A stretch of DNA of 64,000 nt from contig NC_058373.1 in NCBI RefSeq assembly GCF_018350175.1, positions 110,610,001 through 110,674,000 of the forward strand, given 5' to 3'. This document shows positions 26,027 through 38,924 of the stretch, in pieces; the first letter of the stretch is position 1; every line of letters starts with the position of its first letter. The position numbers and the translations under genes were made by a program. The DNA comes from Felis catus (lineage: Eukaryota). Below the pieces are notes generated by a model. That model was not told where the DNA came from. It saw only the letters and a list, made by a program, of their open reading frames with translations, and searched no databases.

Positions 26027-27316
26027 ATTCTGGAAAAATTTCTTCTTATTCAGTCTCCTTAGGGCAGGCCTGACTACCCAGGAACATAGTTCTAGACTTA
26101 ATCTTACTCATCTTTGTATCTCTAGTACAAGTATTTTCAGATGTGAATTTGTTTCAGTTTTTGGTCCTGGTAGTATTATTTAGTACAGAAATGTAAGAGA
26201 GAGGCAGAGTATCTTCTTCTTATATGGGAAAAAAAATGAAGTTATTATTTCCCAGTTTTTGGTTAAATAATGTGCCTCAGGCCGCTCTTCATAAACACTG
26301 AGCTAGTGAATCACTACTGTGTTCCAGGTATTCTTCTGGGTGGTGGGGATTATTAATTAGAGGGTTTGACATATGTTGAAGCTCTTGTTTTTTCCAGACT
26401 GTGTAGAATTTCAGTTTTTGGATTTTAAAAATATTTGAAACACCCCAGTATTTATAATCTGCCAAAGAGATTTTTCCCTTGTTGAAAATCAGTAATAATT
26501 TCTATGTAAATAGTAAACTACCAAACTTTGTTTCAATTGAATGTTAATAAGCAAGCTTTAAAAATCCTTGTAAAATTACAGGAAAATTTAGAAAAATTAT
26601 TGACAATCCTACCATCTAGAGATAATCAATTTTGATTCATTTTCAATATATGTAAGATTATCCTACATACAGAATAGGCTACAAAAGTCTTATATCTTAT
26701 TTTCCCATTTAACTATACCAGGAACATTTTCCTATGTCATTAAAAATTCTTGTACACAATTTTATGGTTACATAATAATTCATCATAGGAATGTATTACA
26801 CTTCATGTAATCATTTTCTTATTGTCAGATATTTAAGCCATGTCCTTTTTATTATTGTTGTTATTACAAATAATATACCTGTATGTTCTATTATTTCCTT
26901 AAGATTAACCCTACAAAGAGTAGTGCTAAATGAAGGGTATGATCATATTTAAGGTAAAGAAAAAAATCTTGTCACATTGCCCTCCAGAAAGAGTGTACTA
27001 ATTTATATTCCCACCAGCAGCATTTACCTGTTTGGCTGCACCATTGCTGGCATTGATGAATATTATTTGATTATAAATTTGCAAATTTGATCATTTTTAA
27101 TGGGCTACATTTTAAATGAATTATGAGCCACAATCATCAAAGAGAAAAGAAGAAATAAAAAAAATCAATACAAATAAGCAACAATATAAAAATTCCGAGA
27201 ACAGTCAATATATGACAATATTCTAGGACTACAAATGTTTATTTCATATAAAATCAAAATGCAAACACTATGTCTATTTGGGAAAAACTCAGATGCCATT
27301 TAAAGTATAAAACATA

Positions 27317-27412
27317 GGGACATCCAGCTGGTTCAGCTGGTAGAGCATGTGATTTGATCACAGGGACCTGAGTTCAAGCCCCATGTTGGGAGTAGAATTT
27401 ACTTGAAAAAAA
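27317..27412 (+). mobile_element. Short Can-SINE
   Basis: TSD aaagtataaaacat and tRNA-like head. Confidence 0.75.
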
Positions 27413-29729
27413 GTATAAAACATCGATATACTAGGTAAGAAGAGCAGAAAAAGTATATATAAATACTGAAAATACAGATAAAATTGCTATTGTAGTTTTG
27501 GAAAGCAGTGTTAAAGATGAATATGGAGTTAGACTGCAGGATTTATTTATAATAACTATGCATATAGTACATAGTTACTATACAAAGGAACCTCTCTCTT
27601 CCTGAAGCTGCAATTTTAGTGCTTGTAAGAACTAGCATGTTTATTTTTTGCAGCCTTGCTTTGCTTGAAGGAAGTGTATGAGGGCTGTCTGAACACGAGA
27701 GATCTGATGAGTTTGTTTCTCACTGTTCTGCTTTCACAGTTGTAGCGGAGATCCTGTCTCTCAATCACACTGTATCATCAGTTCTACAAAGAATTTGTAT
27801 TGCTTTCCAGCCCTCTAATCCCCCTCTCCCCTTTTAATTACATAAAAGGCAAAAATTTCCAAGAATAAAATCAAGAGGTCTGTACTCACAATTCAAGACA
27901 ACTTTAATAGAAACTTTTTGGTTTTATTTTGTTTCCCTAATATTTTCTTTAAAAGGGTTCCTAGTCCCAAATCAACTTCTTTCATAGAAAAAGAGATGGG
28001 AATTGTGGTTAAAACCAGTGTCCTCTGTAACCCACGAGACTAACAAATAGCAGATGTATTTTTTAAAATTGGAAATGACATACACAAGTAGATAAAAGAA
28101 AGGAATATTCATTGAGTGATTTTATAGGGTTCTGTCAGCATTGCTTTTTGGTCACAGATAGCTATGTGTGTTTTGTTTTGTTCTGTTTTTTTGGCAAAAA
28201 CTCCTCTCCAGCATTGTCTCACCCAAATCTGAAAGGGGCTATATACTACCAGCCTCCTTCAAAACCTGGATCCCCCTTCCCGTGGCCTCAGGAAAAAAAT
28301 CACGACAGGTAAAGCTCCTAAATGTATCCTGTCCACCCGAAGAGACTATTTGGTGCTTGTGTCCCCCTCTCCTTATAGTGACACTAATCTTCTGTCCAGA
28401 ACTTGTATTTGCCTCAGCATACGCTGCTCATAACTCCGCCCATGCCACAACGCATGGCAAGAAGGCCCTCCCTCCTTTCTTTGCTGGCAAACTTGAGCGC
28501 CTGGCTCAGCGGTGCCATCGCTTCCAGGAAGCCCTCACCAACACACCCTGCGCTGTTCGGATGTTCCCCTACTTTGTGTTCCCATAGCACTTCTCTCAAA
28601 TTACGTTTATCTTTTTATTAGAGCCTTAACTTCATAAAAACAGCCCATTTCATTTGTCTTTTTACTCTCACATAATAGGTATCTGTTAAAGCTCGTTGAA
28701 TGTCTCCAGCTTTCCCCCCTAATGTGAAGTGTTGCCGCTGTTTTCGTGACAGCAATTTGGTTACTGTCGTCCTTCGAGAGTCCAAATATAGGGGTCTGCT
28801 TCTACCTCCTAGCAGCTGGTGCCAGATAGTACTTCCAGACCCATTCTCAAATTCCTCTTAAACATAATAGAATGAATTACATTCCTTTTTCACCTACCTA
28901 CTCTGAGGGTTTAGGTCTCTAATGTAACGTCAGCATAGCTAAAGAAAACAATTTCAGTTGAGCTGGGTCATAAACAAAACTCGGTCATAAACACCAGCGC
29001 AAGCTCATGCTGGGGATGAGAGAATCTTGGGGGGCGTCAGCCTAAGTTACTTAGTGGTGCTTCAAGGTGCAGGTTTTGATTAATTTATAGATTTTTCCGG
29101 TGAAGAACTCAAATTGGGGAATAAAGCACTTGAAAAAGAAAATAAGGAAAGCAGCGGAGAGAACCGGGAGACGAAATCAGGGAGCTCTAAGAGGCAGGAC
29201 AAGCAGGAAAAATGGAGAGCGAGGTGGAGAAAGTTTAAACCCTGGGAGGACGACTCGCAGCCGCTTCCCGATCTCCAATTGTGCAGGCCGCCCGCGCGCG
29301 GGCAGAAAAACCGTCGGCCTCTCAGGTCGCACCGGCCGGCTACTGCTGTCCCGACACCAGGCGGTTTTTATCGAGCGCTCACACCCACAGAGACGCGGCG
29401 AAGCACGCGAAGTAAAATTCCAGGAGGCCGACGACCCGTCTCAGGAACTTCAAAGTCATTTTTTTTGTCCCCGCCGGAGGAAGCCGCCCTCACGCCCAGG
29501 CCACACCAACTCCCAGTCCCTTCCGTTTGAAGGGAGCAGGAGGAAAAAAAAAACCAAACCCGGCTCTGGACCTAGTTTCTTAGAGCAACCAACTCCGAAG
29601 GAACTGCCCCCACCCCAGCGTGTTAGATTGGTTGGGATACTCGGCTTTGAGACGCATTTATGGTCTTAGGAACTGAGCGAAGCGCTCAGGTGGCTCCGCT
29701 CTCCCGACTCCGCTTCCGCGTCTCCTCCT

Positions 29730-29822
29730 TGCGCCACGCCCCAGCTTTCCCTTCCCCACCCACTTGGGAGTCCGAGCTGCTTATTGGTTGTATGCCCTGC
29801 CAATCCAGCGGACGTTGACGAA
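29730..29822 (+). promoter_or_regulatory. HSPA2 distal (TATA-less) promoter elements
   Basis: CCACGCCCC KLF/SP box near 29734, inverted CCAAT (ATTGG 29783-29787), CCAAT 29800-29804 and a TGACG half-CRE, all upstream of a splice donor at 29894. Confidence 0.5.
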
Positions 29823-29893
29823 TCCCACCTTAGGAAAGGCAAAGAACGAACTAAAGCGCCTACACCTGGCCGGGGGGCGCGAGCCTAACGCTC

Positions 29894-30271
29894 GTAAGCT
29901 GGTGGCTGCGCGCGTGGAAGGGCGGCTGGAGGCCGCTGGGGAGACCCGGTGGGGGGGCTTCATTTGCATAACGGCCGCCCCCGCCTCTGAGCGCCGGCCG
30001 GGGTCCCGCCCCTCACCCAACTAGAAATCTGTTGGGCTACGGGCGGGTCACTCCGACCCAGGCAAGCCTGTGGCGGGCGGTCCTGGGAGCGGATTGGCTC
30101 CGGTAGTTTCCAGAAGGCGGCAGGGAGGCGGCTATAAGAGCAGGGAGCCGAGCAGGGGGAGTGGGAGACGGTGTCTGCGCTCGCGGTGTCTAGTGCGAGG
30201 CGACCGTTAGTTGACGCCGCAGGTTTTCTGTCCTAGGTGTTGCCGCCTAACGTCGCTTGCCTATCGTTCAG
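29894..30271 (+). other. HSPA2: Predicted HSPA2 5'UTR intron (378 nt)
   Basis: Donor CTC|GTAAGC at 29894, branch point CCTAAC at 30246-30251 and acceptor ttcag| at 30270-30271, 5 nt before the ATG. Confidence 0.65.
29962..30138 (+). promoter_or_regulatory. HSPA2 proximal promoter: octamer, GC boxes, ERE-like palindrome, CCAAT, partial HSE, TATA
   Basis: ATTTGCAT 29962-29969, several CCGCCC/GGGCGG boxes, GGTCActcCGACC 30046-30058, ATTGG 30093-30097, TTCcaGAA 30108-30115 and TATAAG 30133-30138. Confidence 0.7.
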
Positions 30272-30276
30272 TCAGG

Positions 30277-32196
30277 ATGTCTGCCCGCGGCCCGGCTATC
30301 GGCATCGACCTAGGCACCACCTACTCGTGCGTGGGGGTCTTCCAACATGGCAAGGTGGAGATCATCGCCAACGACCAGGGCAACCGCACCACCCCCAGCT
30401 ACGTGGCCTTCACCGACACCGAGCGCCTCATCGGCGACGCCGCCAAGAACCAGGTGGCCATGAATCCCACCAACACCATCTTCGACGCCAAGAGGCTGAT
30501 CGGACGGAAGTTCGAGGACTCCACGGTGCAGTCGGACATGAAACATTGGCCGTTCAGGGTGGTGAGCGAGGGAGGAAAGCCCAAAGTGCAGGTGGAGTAC
30601 AAGGGAGAGATCAAGACCTTCTTCCCGGAGGAGATCTCCTCCATGGTCCTCACTAAGATGAAGGAGATCGCCGAAGCCTACCTGGGAGGCAAGGTGCAGA
30701 GCGCGGTCATCACGGTCCCGGCCTATTTCAATGACTCGCAGCGCCAGGCCACCAAGGACGCGGGCACCATCACGGGCCTCAACGTGCTGCGCATCATTAA
30801 CGAGCCCACCGCGGCGGCCATTGCCTACGGCCTGGACAAGAAGGGCTGCGCCGGCGGCGAGAAGAACGTGCTCATCTTTGACCTGGGCGGCGGCACCTTC
30901 GACGTGTCCATCCTGACCATCGAGGACGGCATCTTCGAAGTGAAGTCCACGGCCGGCGACACCCACCTGGGCGGCGAGGACTTCGACAACCGCATGGTGA
31001 GCCACCTGGCGGAGGAGTTCAAGCGCAAGCACAAGAAGGACATTGGGCCCAACAAGCGCGCTGTGCGGCGGCTGCGTACCGCCTGCGAGCGCGCCAAGCG
31101 CACCTTGAGCTCGTCTACGCAGGCGAGCATTGAGATCGACTCGCTGTACGAGGGCGTGGACTTCTACACGTCCATCACCCGCGCCCGCTTCGAGGAGCTC
31201 AACGCTGACCTGTTCCGCGGAACCCTGGAGCCGGTGGAGAAGGCGCTGCGTGACGCCAAGCTAGACAAAGGCCAGATCCAGGAGATCGTGCTGGTGGGCG
31301 GCTCCACCCGCATCCCCAAGATCCAGAAGCTGCTGCAGGATTTCTTCAACGGCAAGGAGCTGAACAAGAGCATCAACCCCGACGAGGCGGTGGCCTACGG
31401 GGCCGCGGTGCAGGCGGCCATTCTCATCGGGGACAAGTCAGAGAACGTGCAGGACCTCCTGCTGCTCGACGTGACCCCGTTGTCGCTGGGCATTGAGACG
31501 GCTGGCGGCGTCATGACCCCGCTCATCAAGAGAAACACCACGATCCCTACCAAGCAGACGCAGACCTTCACCACCTACTCTGACAACCAGAGCAGCGTGC
31601 TGGTGCAGGTGTACGAGGGCGAACGGGCCATGACCAAGGACAATAACCTGCTGGGCAAGTTCGACCTGACCGGGATTCCCCCTGCGCCCCGCGGGGTCCC
31701 CCAGATCGAGGTAACCTTCGACATCGACGCCAACGGCATCCTCAACGTCACCGCCGCTGACAAGAGCACCGGTAAAGAAAACAAAATCACCATAACCAAC
31801 GACAAGGGTCGTCTGAGCAAGGACGACATTGACCGGATGGTGCAGGAAGCGGAGCGGTACAAGTCGGAAGATGAGGCCAATCGTGACCGGGTCGCCGCCA
31901 AAAATGCGGTAGAGTCCTATACCTACAACATCAAGCAGACGGTGGAAGACGAGAAACTGAGGGGCAAGATTAGCGAGCAGGACAAAAACAAGATCCTCGA
32001 CAAGTGCCAGGAGGTGATCAACTGGCTCGACAGAAACCAGATGGCGGAGAAAGATGAGTATGAACACAAGCAGAAAGAGCTCGAAAGAGTGTGCAACCCC
32101 ATCATCAGCAAACTTTACCAAGGCGGTCCTGGCGGCGGCGGCAGCGGCGGCGGTTCTGGAGCCTCCGGGGGACCGACCATCGAGGAAGTGGACTAA
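30277..32196 (+). CDS. HSPA2: Heat shock-related 70 kDa protein 2 (testis-enriched Hsp70), 639 aa, intronless CDS
   Basis: Starts [22 protein letters not shown]. It carries the Hsp70 signatures, the HSPA2-type [12 protein letters not shown] insert and a Gly-rich tail ending GPTIEEVD. The true start is the ATG at 30277, not the TTG at 30211 used by the ORF track. Confidence 0.97.
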   Translation: MSARGPAIGIDLGTTYSCVGVFQHGKVEIIANDQGNRTTPSYVAFTDTERLIGDAAKNQVAMNPTNTIFDAKRLIGRKFEDSTVQSDMKHWPFRVVSEGGKPKVQVEYKGEIKTFFPEEISSMVLTKMKEIAEAYLGGKVQSAVITVPAYFNDSQRQATKDAGTITGLNVLRIINEPTAAAIAYGLDKKGCAGGEKNVLIFDLGGGTFDVSILTIEDGIFEVKSTAGDTHLGGEDFDNRMVSHLAEEFKRKHKKDIGPNKRAVRRLRTACERAKRTLSSSTQASIEIDSLYEGVDFYTSITRARFEELNADLFRGTLEPVEKALRDAKLDKGQIQEIVLVGGSTRIPKIQKLLQDFFNGKELNKSINPDEAVAYGAAVQAAILIGDKSENVQDLLLLDVTPLSLGIETAGGVMTPLIKRNTTIPTKQTQTFTTYSDNQSSVLVQVYEGERAMTKDNNLLGKFDLTGIPPAPRGVPQIEVTFDIDANGILNVTAADKSTGKENKITITNDKGRLSKDDIDRMVQEAERYKSEDEANRDRVAAKNAVESYTYNIKQTVEDEKLRGKISEQDKNKILDKCQEVINWLDRNQMAEKDEYEHKQKELERVCNPIISKLYQGGPGGGGSGGGSGASGGPTIEEVD

Positions 32197-34959
32197 GCTT
32201 GCACTCGAGTCAGCGTAAACCTCTTTTCCTTTCTCTTTTTTTTCTTCTGTTTTTTTCCCCCCTTTGAAATGCCTTTGTGCCAAGTCTGAGGTCTGTTGCT
32301 GGAAGTCTTTAGCCCGTGTATGCATATAAAAGGAAGGGTGCAACAACTTAGTTTAATTATAAAAGGTTAGTTCTACAGTTTGATTTTTAAAACCATTATT
32401 TGAGGTTTCTCTTTAACGCATTTTGGGTGTTTGCTGACGTGAGCATTTTTGAGTAGCTTAGTTTGTGCATGGAGATTTATTTGAAATGAGAAACCTGAAG
32501 TTTGCACACAAGTTCTGTGGAAGCTTGGTAACAAAAAAACATATAGAAGCTTGAGTTGTTTATTTTTATGTACTACTTTAAGATTAAAATGAACGTTTAG
32601 TAACGTTAGGGACAGGCATACTTTTTGCAAACAAATGCATAAATACAAATTTAAAGTAAAGCTGAAATTGATGTCAAAATTACTGTCTTGGAGTTTTTAC
32701 TTTTCCCTTCTTACAGTTTTAAACATGTTGGTCTTTAGGAGATTCGTATGAGGTGAAGTGTGTCTAAGTCAGTCTTGTCTAATTCTCAGATGAGATTCCT
32801 GCTTTGAATTACCAATAATTTAAGAGGAGAAGATCTGGGTAAACTCTCTCCCTCCTTTTAATAAAGAAACCAGACAGGTCTGGTGTACCCAGTGTACCCA
32901 GACTCCTTAGGCTTGGCTTAAGTGTTCAAGTAAAAATCCACCGGAATATTCCAGCAGAATACAAACTATATTCTGGGGTTAAGTATAAAGTAAACACTGG
33001 GGCAGGAGTTGTCCTCGGACAATAGCCTTAGTATGGAACAAGTTGCTTTTTGTGCATGCAGGTGCCTGAAACAAGAGCCAGCAGAGCAAACTTCAAAGCC
33101 ACTTAATATTAGAGTCCAATGTAGTCAAACTTGTTTTTAACTTTAATTTTCTAGTGAAACAGCTTAACTTGTGAGCCAAATAAGGCTGTGTTTTCAATAG
33201 TTACCATTACCTGGGGGATAGAGGGAGATAAAGATTTTTTTTTTTTCTGATTTGAGAATCCTAATGCTTTTGCAATACCTGCCTTAACTCACTAGAATAG
33301 AGTTCTTTTCTAAAAGAGAAAAGTGCAAGGTAGTCCTGTGTTTTGTTAATACACAACATACCCATTTTCTCATATATTTGGTTTGAGATTGTTACAGATA
33401 AGAATATGGTAACCCTTTGGGATCCACTATCCTGGGCTTAAGCTTTAAAATCCACATCCGTTGGAGAAGGGGGTTCATGTTTGTATTTTTTAGCGGAATG
33501 ACACTTCTGCTTTGTTCTGATTTATTCTCTTTAAGGGGAACTTGGGAAACATTCAGTAAATCTGATTGGAAAACAGTTAACCTAATGTGTTCGTCACATA
33601 TAGACACTTCGATACCTCTTTTCAAGTGATGTAGATTTGCTCCATGTTGTTCATAAGATAACAGTGAATTATAGAAACTACGTTTTTAGTAGTGGACCCT
33701 TCTGTATCATGTAGAGAGATTAATATTTTAAATAATATAAAAACTAGAGAACAAATTAGCCTAAAAATGTTGAGCTTTATAATAAGCCTGACCTACAAGA
33801 GCTGACTCGTATATACATTAAGTTTTATTTTTTAATTTTTTAAGCAAAGTCATTTGAGTGGATGGGAGTGAAATAAAAAGGCAATATTGAAATTGTCTCA
33901 AAATAAACTTAAAAAATATTTAAGGAAATTGCTCTTTACACTGAAAAGCTGGTAACTCAGGTATTTTAATGCTAATGCCACATTGATGGAAAGTTTTCAG
34001 CAAGAAGGCATTAAGAGTGTTTAATTAACTACAGATAGCATCACATAAATATTTGACAAATTACCTTAGTACTAACAGAATCAGGTGAATACTAGCATTA
34101 GAGTGATGTTTAACATGAATTTTTTCCAACATAATGCTCATTCTATTAACCTTTTCTTAGTCCTTTATTTGTTGAAAGCACTTATCCCTTGCTCTAACTT
34201 CAAAATATAATGGAATCTTTCTGTAAGTGCAAAAGGGCAATTTGGTAATAGTATGTTTCATTTTAGACCTTTCTTTAGAAATTAGTTTCTAAAGTATCAG
34301 AAAAAATGACCAATGGTAGTCTCTTTGACTATCCTATGGCGTGGCCTCTGGTAATTTGCCATAACACAAATACCAGTATGCAGATACTGCATTTTCTGTT
34401 ATTCTGAAAAGTAAGTTGCAAAACCCCAGCCTTCTTGAGTGTTTTTAATTTTGTCTTCTCAAATTTATCTAGATCTGAATATTGCAAAGATAAAGGCACC
34501 AAACTAGCCATTCAGTGTTTCCATGGGTCATTTGAAACCGGTAACTGGATAACTCCTGGGAACTCCTTAGCAGATGTTAGATCAGCCATAGTCAAATGAC
34601 AATGGAAAAAGTACTTGATGTTGGATGAGGCTAAATTACAGTTTAAGGAATAATTAGCATCACTTGAACTTGAAAGTAGTGTTACACTAGGGACTAGTCA
34701 TGTCTAAGGCTAATGCAGTACATACAGAATGCTAAGGGATTAAAAACATTTCTCAGATGGGCACTTAAATCCTTACCTGAATGTCTGACTAATATAGTTC
34801 CTGTTTTGAGGCAGTAAGTCTAAACACCTGTCAAAATAAGACCTAGCAGGTTGTTTACAGGACTTGAGACCCAGAAATTTCAAAACAAGCTTACTCTAAA
34901 TTTTTTATTGCATTAGTTTGATGTGTATAGTGGTAATTAATGGTTGTTCATGAGGAGAT

Positions 34960-35149
34960 TTTTTTTTTAAGTTTATTTTTGAGGAGGGGTGGAGGGGCAG
35001 AGAGTGAGAATTCCAAGGAGGCTCCATGCTCAGCACAAAGCTTGAGAGGCTGGATCCCACGACCGACCACGAGATCAAAACCCTGAGATCACAACCTGAG
35101 CTGAAATCAAGAGTTGGATGCTTAACCAACTGAGCCACCCAGGCACCCT
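34960..35149 (-). mobile_element. Can-SINE
   Basis: TSD catgaggag. Confidence 0.85.
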
Positions 35150-35802
35150 CATGAGGAGGTATTAATGCTATTCACATCTTTAAACTTAGCATGCATAATA
35201 GGATATTTAATGTATCACCTGTATGATATGTCAGGGAGACTTAATGAGAATTTCTTTATCCTATGAATTGAATGTAGTTTATAATGTGCTGTGAGGCATG
35301 TTCCCTTTGCTTTTGAACACTGGAATTAAAGTTTCAAAGAATCTCAAATCCATACATCACAAGACAATTGCTAAGGCAATATGTATGTTTAGGTTAAGGA
35401 ACAACAACCTAAACAACCTAGTTTAGGTTAGGTTAAGGACTATTCAGTTGCTTCTGTATAATGTCTAAATAGAAATGAGAAAACGGTTTTGAAGGGTTAT
35501 CCTTAAGCATTAAAATTAGATACAGAAAAGTTGATACATTCCTTAAAAATTATGGATCTTAGAAAAAGAGCCCAATATTTATTCTTGAGATAGCTCTCGG
35601 AATACTTCAGGGTATATGCATTTCTGAGATTTAATAGGGTGATGTTTAGTGTTGAAATGTCTTTCCCTTAGAACAAATTAAGAAGCCATAGGTTCTTTTC
35701 CTTTTTCAGTTTAGGTTGTTTGTGAATTGAAGATTGAGGAAATAAGCAACCAAAAATGGAGTTGATCTTCAAATACTGGAATTGCTATTTTCTTACATGT
35801 TA

Positions 35803-36183
35803 GTTTTTATTTAATGTTTATTTTTGAGAGCGAGCATGCGAGCACAAGTGGAAGAGGGGCAGAAAGAGAGAGACAGAATCTGAAGCAGTCTCCAGGCTCT
35901 GAGCTGTCAGTGCAGAGCCCAAGGCGGAGCTCAAACAAACTGTGAGATCATGACCTCAGCTGAAGTTGGATGCTTAACCAACTGAGCCACCCAGGTGTCC
36001 CAAAAATCTTTTTTTTTTTTTTTAGAGGAAGGGAGAGGGGCAGAAGAAGAGAGGGAGAATCCTAAGCAGGCTCCATACTCAGTGCAGAGCCCAAATTGGG
36101 GCTTGATCCCACGACCCTAGGATCAAGACCTGAGCTGAAATCAAGAGTCTGTTGCTCAGCTGACTGAGCCATCCGGGCACCCC
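35803..36183 (-). mobile_element. Two tandem Can-SINEs
   Basis: Heads ending near 36001 and 36183. The pair is flanked by acatgttagtttt. Confidence 0.85.
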
Positions 36184-37639
36184 TCACATGTTAGTTTTTA
36201 AAGGTAGAATTATAATACTTTGAAAATCTCTCCATTATGACTTTTTCATATATAAGCATACATTATATTCAGTTAATGTCTTTGGCCTAAAATCTGTGAT
36301 CAGCAATTTAGTTCTATCTTACATGCTCTTAGTTACATGACCTTGAGAAATTTCTCTTCATTAGGCAAACAAAACAAAACAAAAAACAAAACAATTTCCC
36401 TCACAGGACACTTGAAACTGTTAAATATTTAGAATAGTACGTTTATCCCTACTTTATAACATCATGAATTGTTTTTTTAAAGGGAAAACTTTTTGTCATG
36501 TTCCTTTTATGTAGATCATTGGAGTTCTCGACTCTTATTTTTTACCTTAATTTTGTACATTAGACAGCTTGAAGTTAATCTATGGTGAAGTATAAAAGGT
36601 CTTTGGTTTTCCGTTTGCATTTCTTCATTCACTGGGATAAACTGAAGAGGTTGACTGAAGTGTGGTCTTCCTGATAATGGTTGTGAGGTGAATGGATTCC
36701 ACCCAGAGTCCTTGGTGTTTCTCAGACCTCTGTGGAGCTTCAGCTCATTTCTCCCAGTCCTCCCCACCCCAAGTGATATACATTGTTAGATGAAAAACTC
36801 TTAGTGACTGGGGTTTTCTTACTCCTATTTCAAGTGAGCCATTCACCATAGGCCAGTCCTGAGGCCACAGCCTCAAAGCCCCACTGCCAGTGGATAGGTG
36901 GGTTTCCATATAATCTGAACAGCAGTGGACTGGAGTGGAACATGAATCTAGCTGATTACAGTTTTATACCACCGGAACCAGTGATTATGTGTTATCAAGT
37001 AGACTGGGAGGGCGAGGTAAGGGGAAGCAGTGGGATGGCTACTGCCATACGTTTTAAATTTATGGGAGTAAAGTTACCAACTATTTACTGAGGAGCTCTT
37101 AATCGTATTAGGCTACGGGGATAAAACAAAGGCAGAATATATTAGGCATTCTCAATAATGTAGTGATATCTAGCATTGCTTACATCAGTGTTGGAAGGGG
37201 AAAAAAAAATACCAACGTCTGCGTATCTACTTGGTTGCAAGAAAGAATTAGAAGACACATGATTTGAAAAGTGAAAAGCGGACACGTGAAAATGTTATTG
37301 AATACTCATGGACACGAAGCAAGTTTTCTTAGAGCAACACTAATTTTGAGTTCGGAAGGGCGGTGCTTTATGCACATTCCTCCTTAAAAATCCTCCTAAT
37401 TCCTGATTTGGGTATCTTCGGACAGAGGTTCAGAGTTGCCTTGCCCTGGGTCAACACATCTAGTTATGCAGTAGAACCAAGTTAAGAAACCTGATTTCCA
37501 CGCATCCTTCCCTGAACCTCCCCCACACCCCCATCGACTTAATCCCAACCTGGATTTGAAATTTAGTGCTAGTAAATTTAGTGCGAGTAAATCGGGACAA
37601 AGGGATCTTCCCTATGAAACTGGATCTTGGTATTCCAAT

Positions 37640-38500
37640 TACGAACGAAGACAATTCAGTGCTTTGCCTCACAGCTGGAAGGCCAGGTAGAATCGACCCC
37701 TGCAGAAATAACCCCTGGGCAGCTACACCACGGATACGCCAAAAAGGCGTCACGGCAAAGGTAGAAAGTAGACGGAGCCCCGCGAGGGCCGGACCGGGCG
37801 GAGGCGCCTCCCGCACCGCGTGCGCTGCCTCGCAGTGCCGCGGCCCCTCTGCCCGCCCGCTGCGTCCGCTGAGCCCGCGGCGGAAGCAGGGTCCCCGCCC
37901 CCCTCCGCCCTCCGCCCACGGTTGCCCAGCGCAAGCGCGCAGTTGCCTGGGCGACAGTGAGGGGCTGGCTGGGAGAGGCCATGCATCAGGTGACGGTGCC
38001 GGAGCTTTATTCCCGGAGGAAGCGGACAGAGGGACAGGGGGCTTCCTCGCCGGAGGTAAGCGCAGCCTCCCTTGGTCGCCCCCACTCCCGAGGCAGGGGC
38101 AGGCCGGCCCTGCCGCCTCCTCCCGGCCCGCAGCTCCCGGGGCGCCCTCCACCCCGACTCAGCTCCGGCCGAGCGGCGCTCAGAGATGTGGGCAGCTGTG
38201 CCTACGAAACCCAAACTATGGAGGTGTACTCGGCCACAGGGCAGAATTGAATCCTGGCTCCTCACCGGGATATTTAGATGTTTATGAAAGTTCCACCTCA
38301 CCACCTCTAATTTGTTGGTTGCAAAAGAAATAGCCTTCCTGCGCAGGAAGCTGTCCTGCTGCGGGGGGGCGGGGGGGGGGTGCGATCCGCGGGAAGAAAA
38401 GGCTGGTGGGTTGGAAGCTACCACTACTGAAAAAGTAAGCTGGTTCTTTGCCTACTTCCTCTGGGCGGGGTCGGTTCGAGCAGGTTCCCCTGCCTGTTAT
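37640..38500. promoter_or_regulatory. CpG island / PPP1R36 promoter
   Basis: GC- and CpG-rich block with GC boxes, an NRF1-like GCGCAAGCGC (37929-37938) and an X-box-like GTTGCCTGGGCGAC (37942-37955) just upstream of the ATG at 37981. Confidence 0.8.
37981..38055 (+). CDS. PPP1R36: PPP1R36 coding exon 1 (MHQVTVPELYSRRKRTEGQGASSPE)
   Basis: ATG in gaggccATG context, similarity to the recalled human N-terminus (MYRVPEFYARRKR), donor GAG|GTAAGC, phase 0. Confidence 0.8.
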
Positions 38501-38859
38501 GAGTGTCTTAACTCCTCTGTTGAGGCTGCCCTGGGCATCAGTTTATTGTGGTCTGAGTCGCAGTTCATCGGTCAGTTGCTATGATGAGCCTTGAGACAGT
38601 AGTGCAGGCTAAGTGAAGTTTCCTTTCTTCCCTTCCTTTTCCTCCTCTTTCCCTCTTCCTTCTTTTCTACCGAAACTACATCTGAAAACAAGATGGGTAA
38701 AATCCTGGCTTCAAGATAAAAACAACCCCACAACACTTGAAGATACTACATCTTTATTGAATAAAGAGCGGCTAGTGGGAATTGTTAAAAGCTCATTATG
38801 CCATGTGTATTGTAAATTGAGTTTTTAATTATATTTGCTGCAATCATTTCATTTTACAG

Positions 38860-38924
38860 CAATTGGGATTACGATTAGGGATGTGGTACTGGAAAGATGA
38901 AACCAGAACTCTTGAATTCAGAAG
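38860..38924 (+). CDS. PPP1R36: PPP1R36 coding exon 2 ([21 protein letters not shown])
   Basis: Acceptor ttttacag|, donor AG|GTAAAT, 65 nt, phase 0 to 2. Confidence 0.9.

Larger units (their letters stand above)
29100..32200. promoter_or_regulatory. CpG island covering the HSPA2 promoter and CDS
   Basis: Abrupt rise in GC and CpG density relative to AT-rich, CpG-depleted flanks. Confidence 0.85.

Noticed and set aside
28112..28621. ORF cluster (up to 139 aa) with locally raised CpG
   Set aside because: No recognisable protein, and part resembles a decayed L2 element.
29100..30024. ORFs of 79-189 aa upstream of HSPA2
   Set aside because: Stop-poor CpG-island sequence with low-complexity R/P/G translations and no recognisable domain. 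A divergent lncRNA is possible but cannot be supported from sequence.
30211..30276. 22-aa N-terminal extension of HSPA2 from a TTG
   Set aside because: Artefact of allowing non-ATG starts. Hsp70 homology begins at ATG 30277, and the region is UTR or intron.
30310..32346. Long antisense ORFs over HSPA2 (240 aa and 302 aa)
   Set aside because: A well-known by-product of GC3-rich Hsp70 codon usage. No independent coding evidence.
37460..38584. Overlapping ORFs of up to 255 aa at the PPP1R36 CpG island
   Set aside because: GC-rich artefacts on both strands. Only 37981-38055 fits the splice and phase model.
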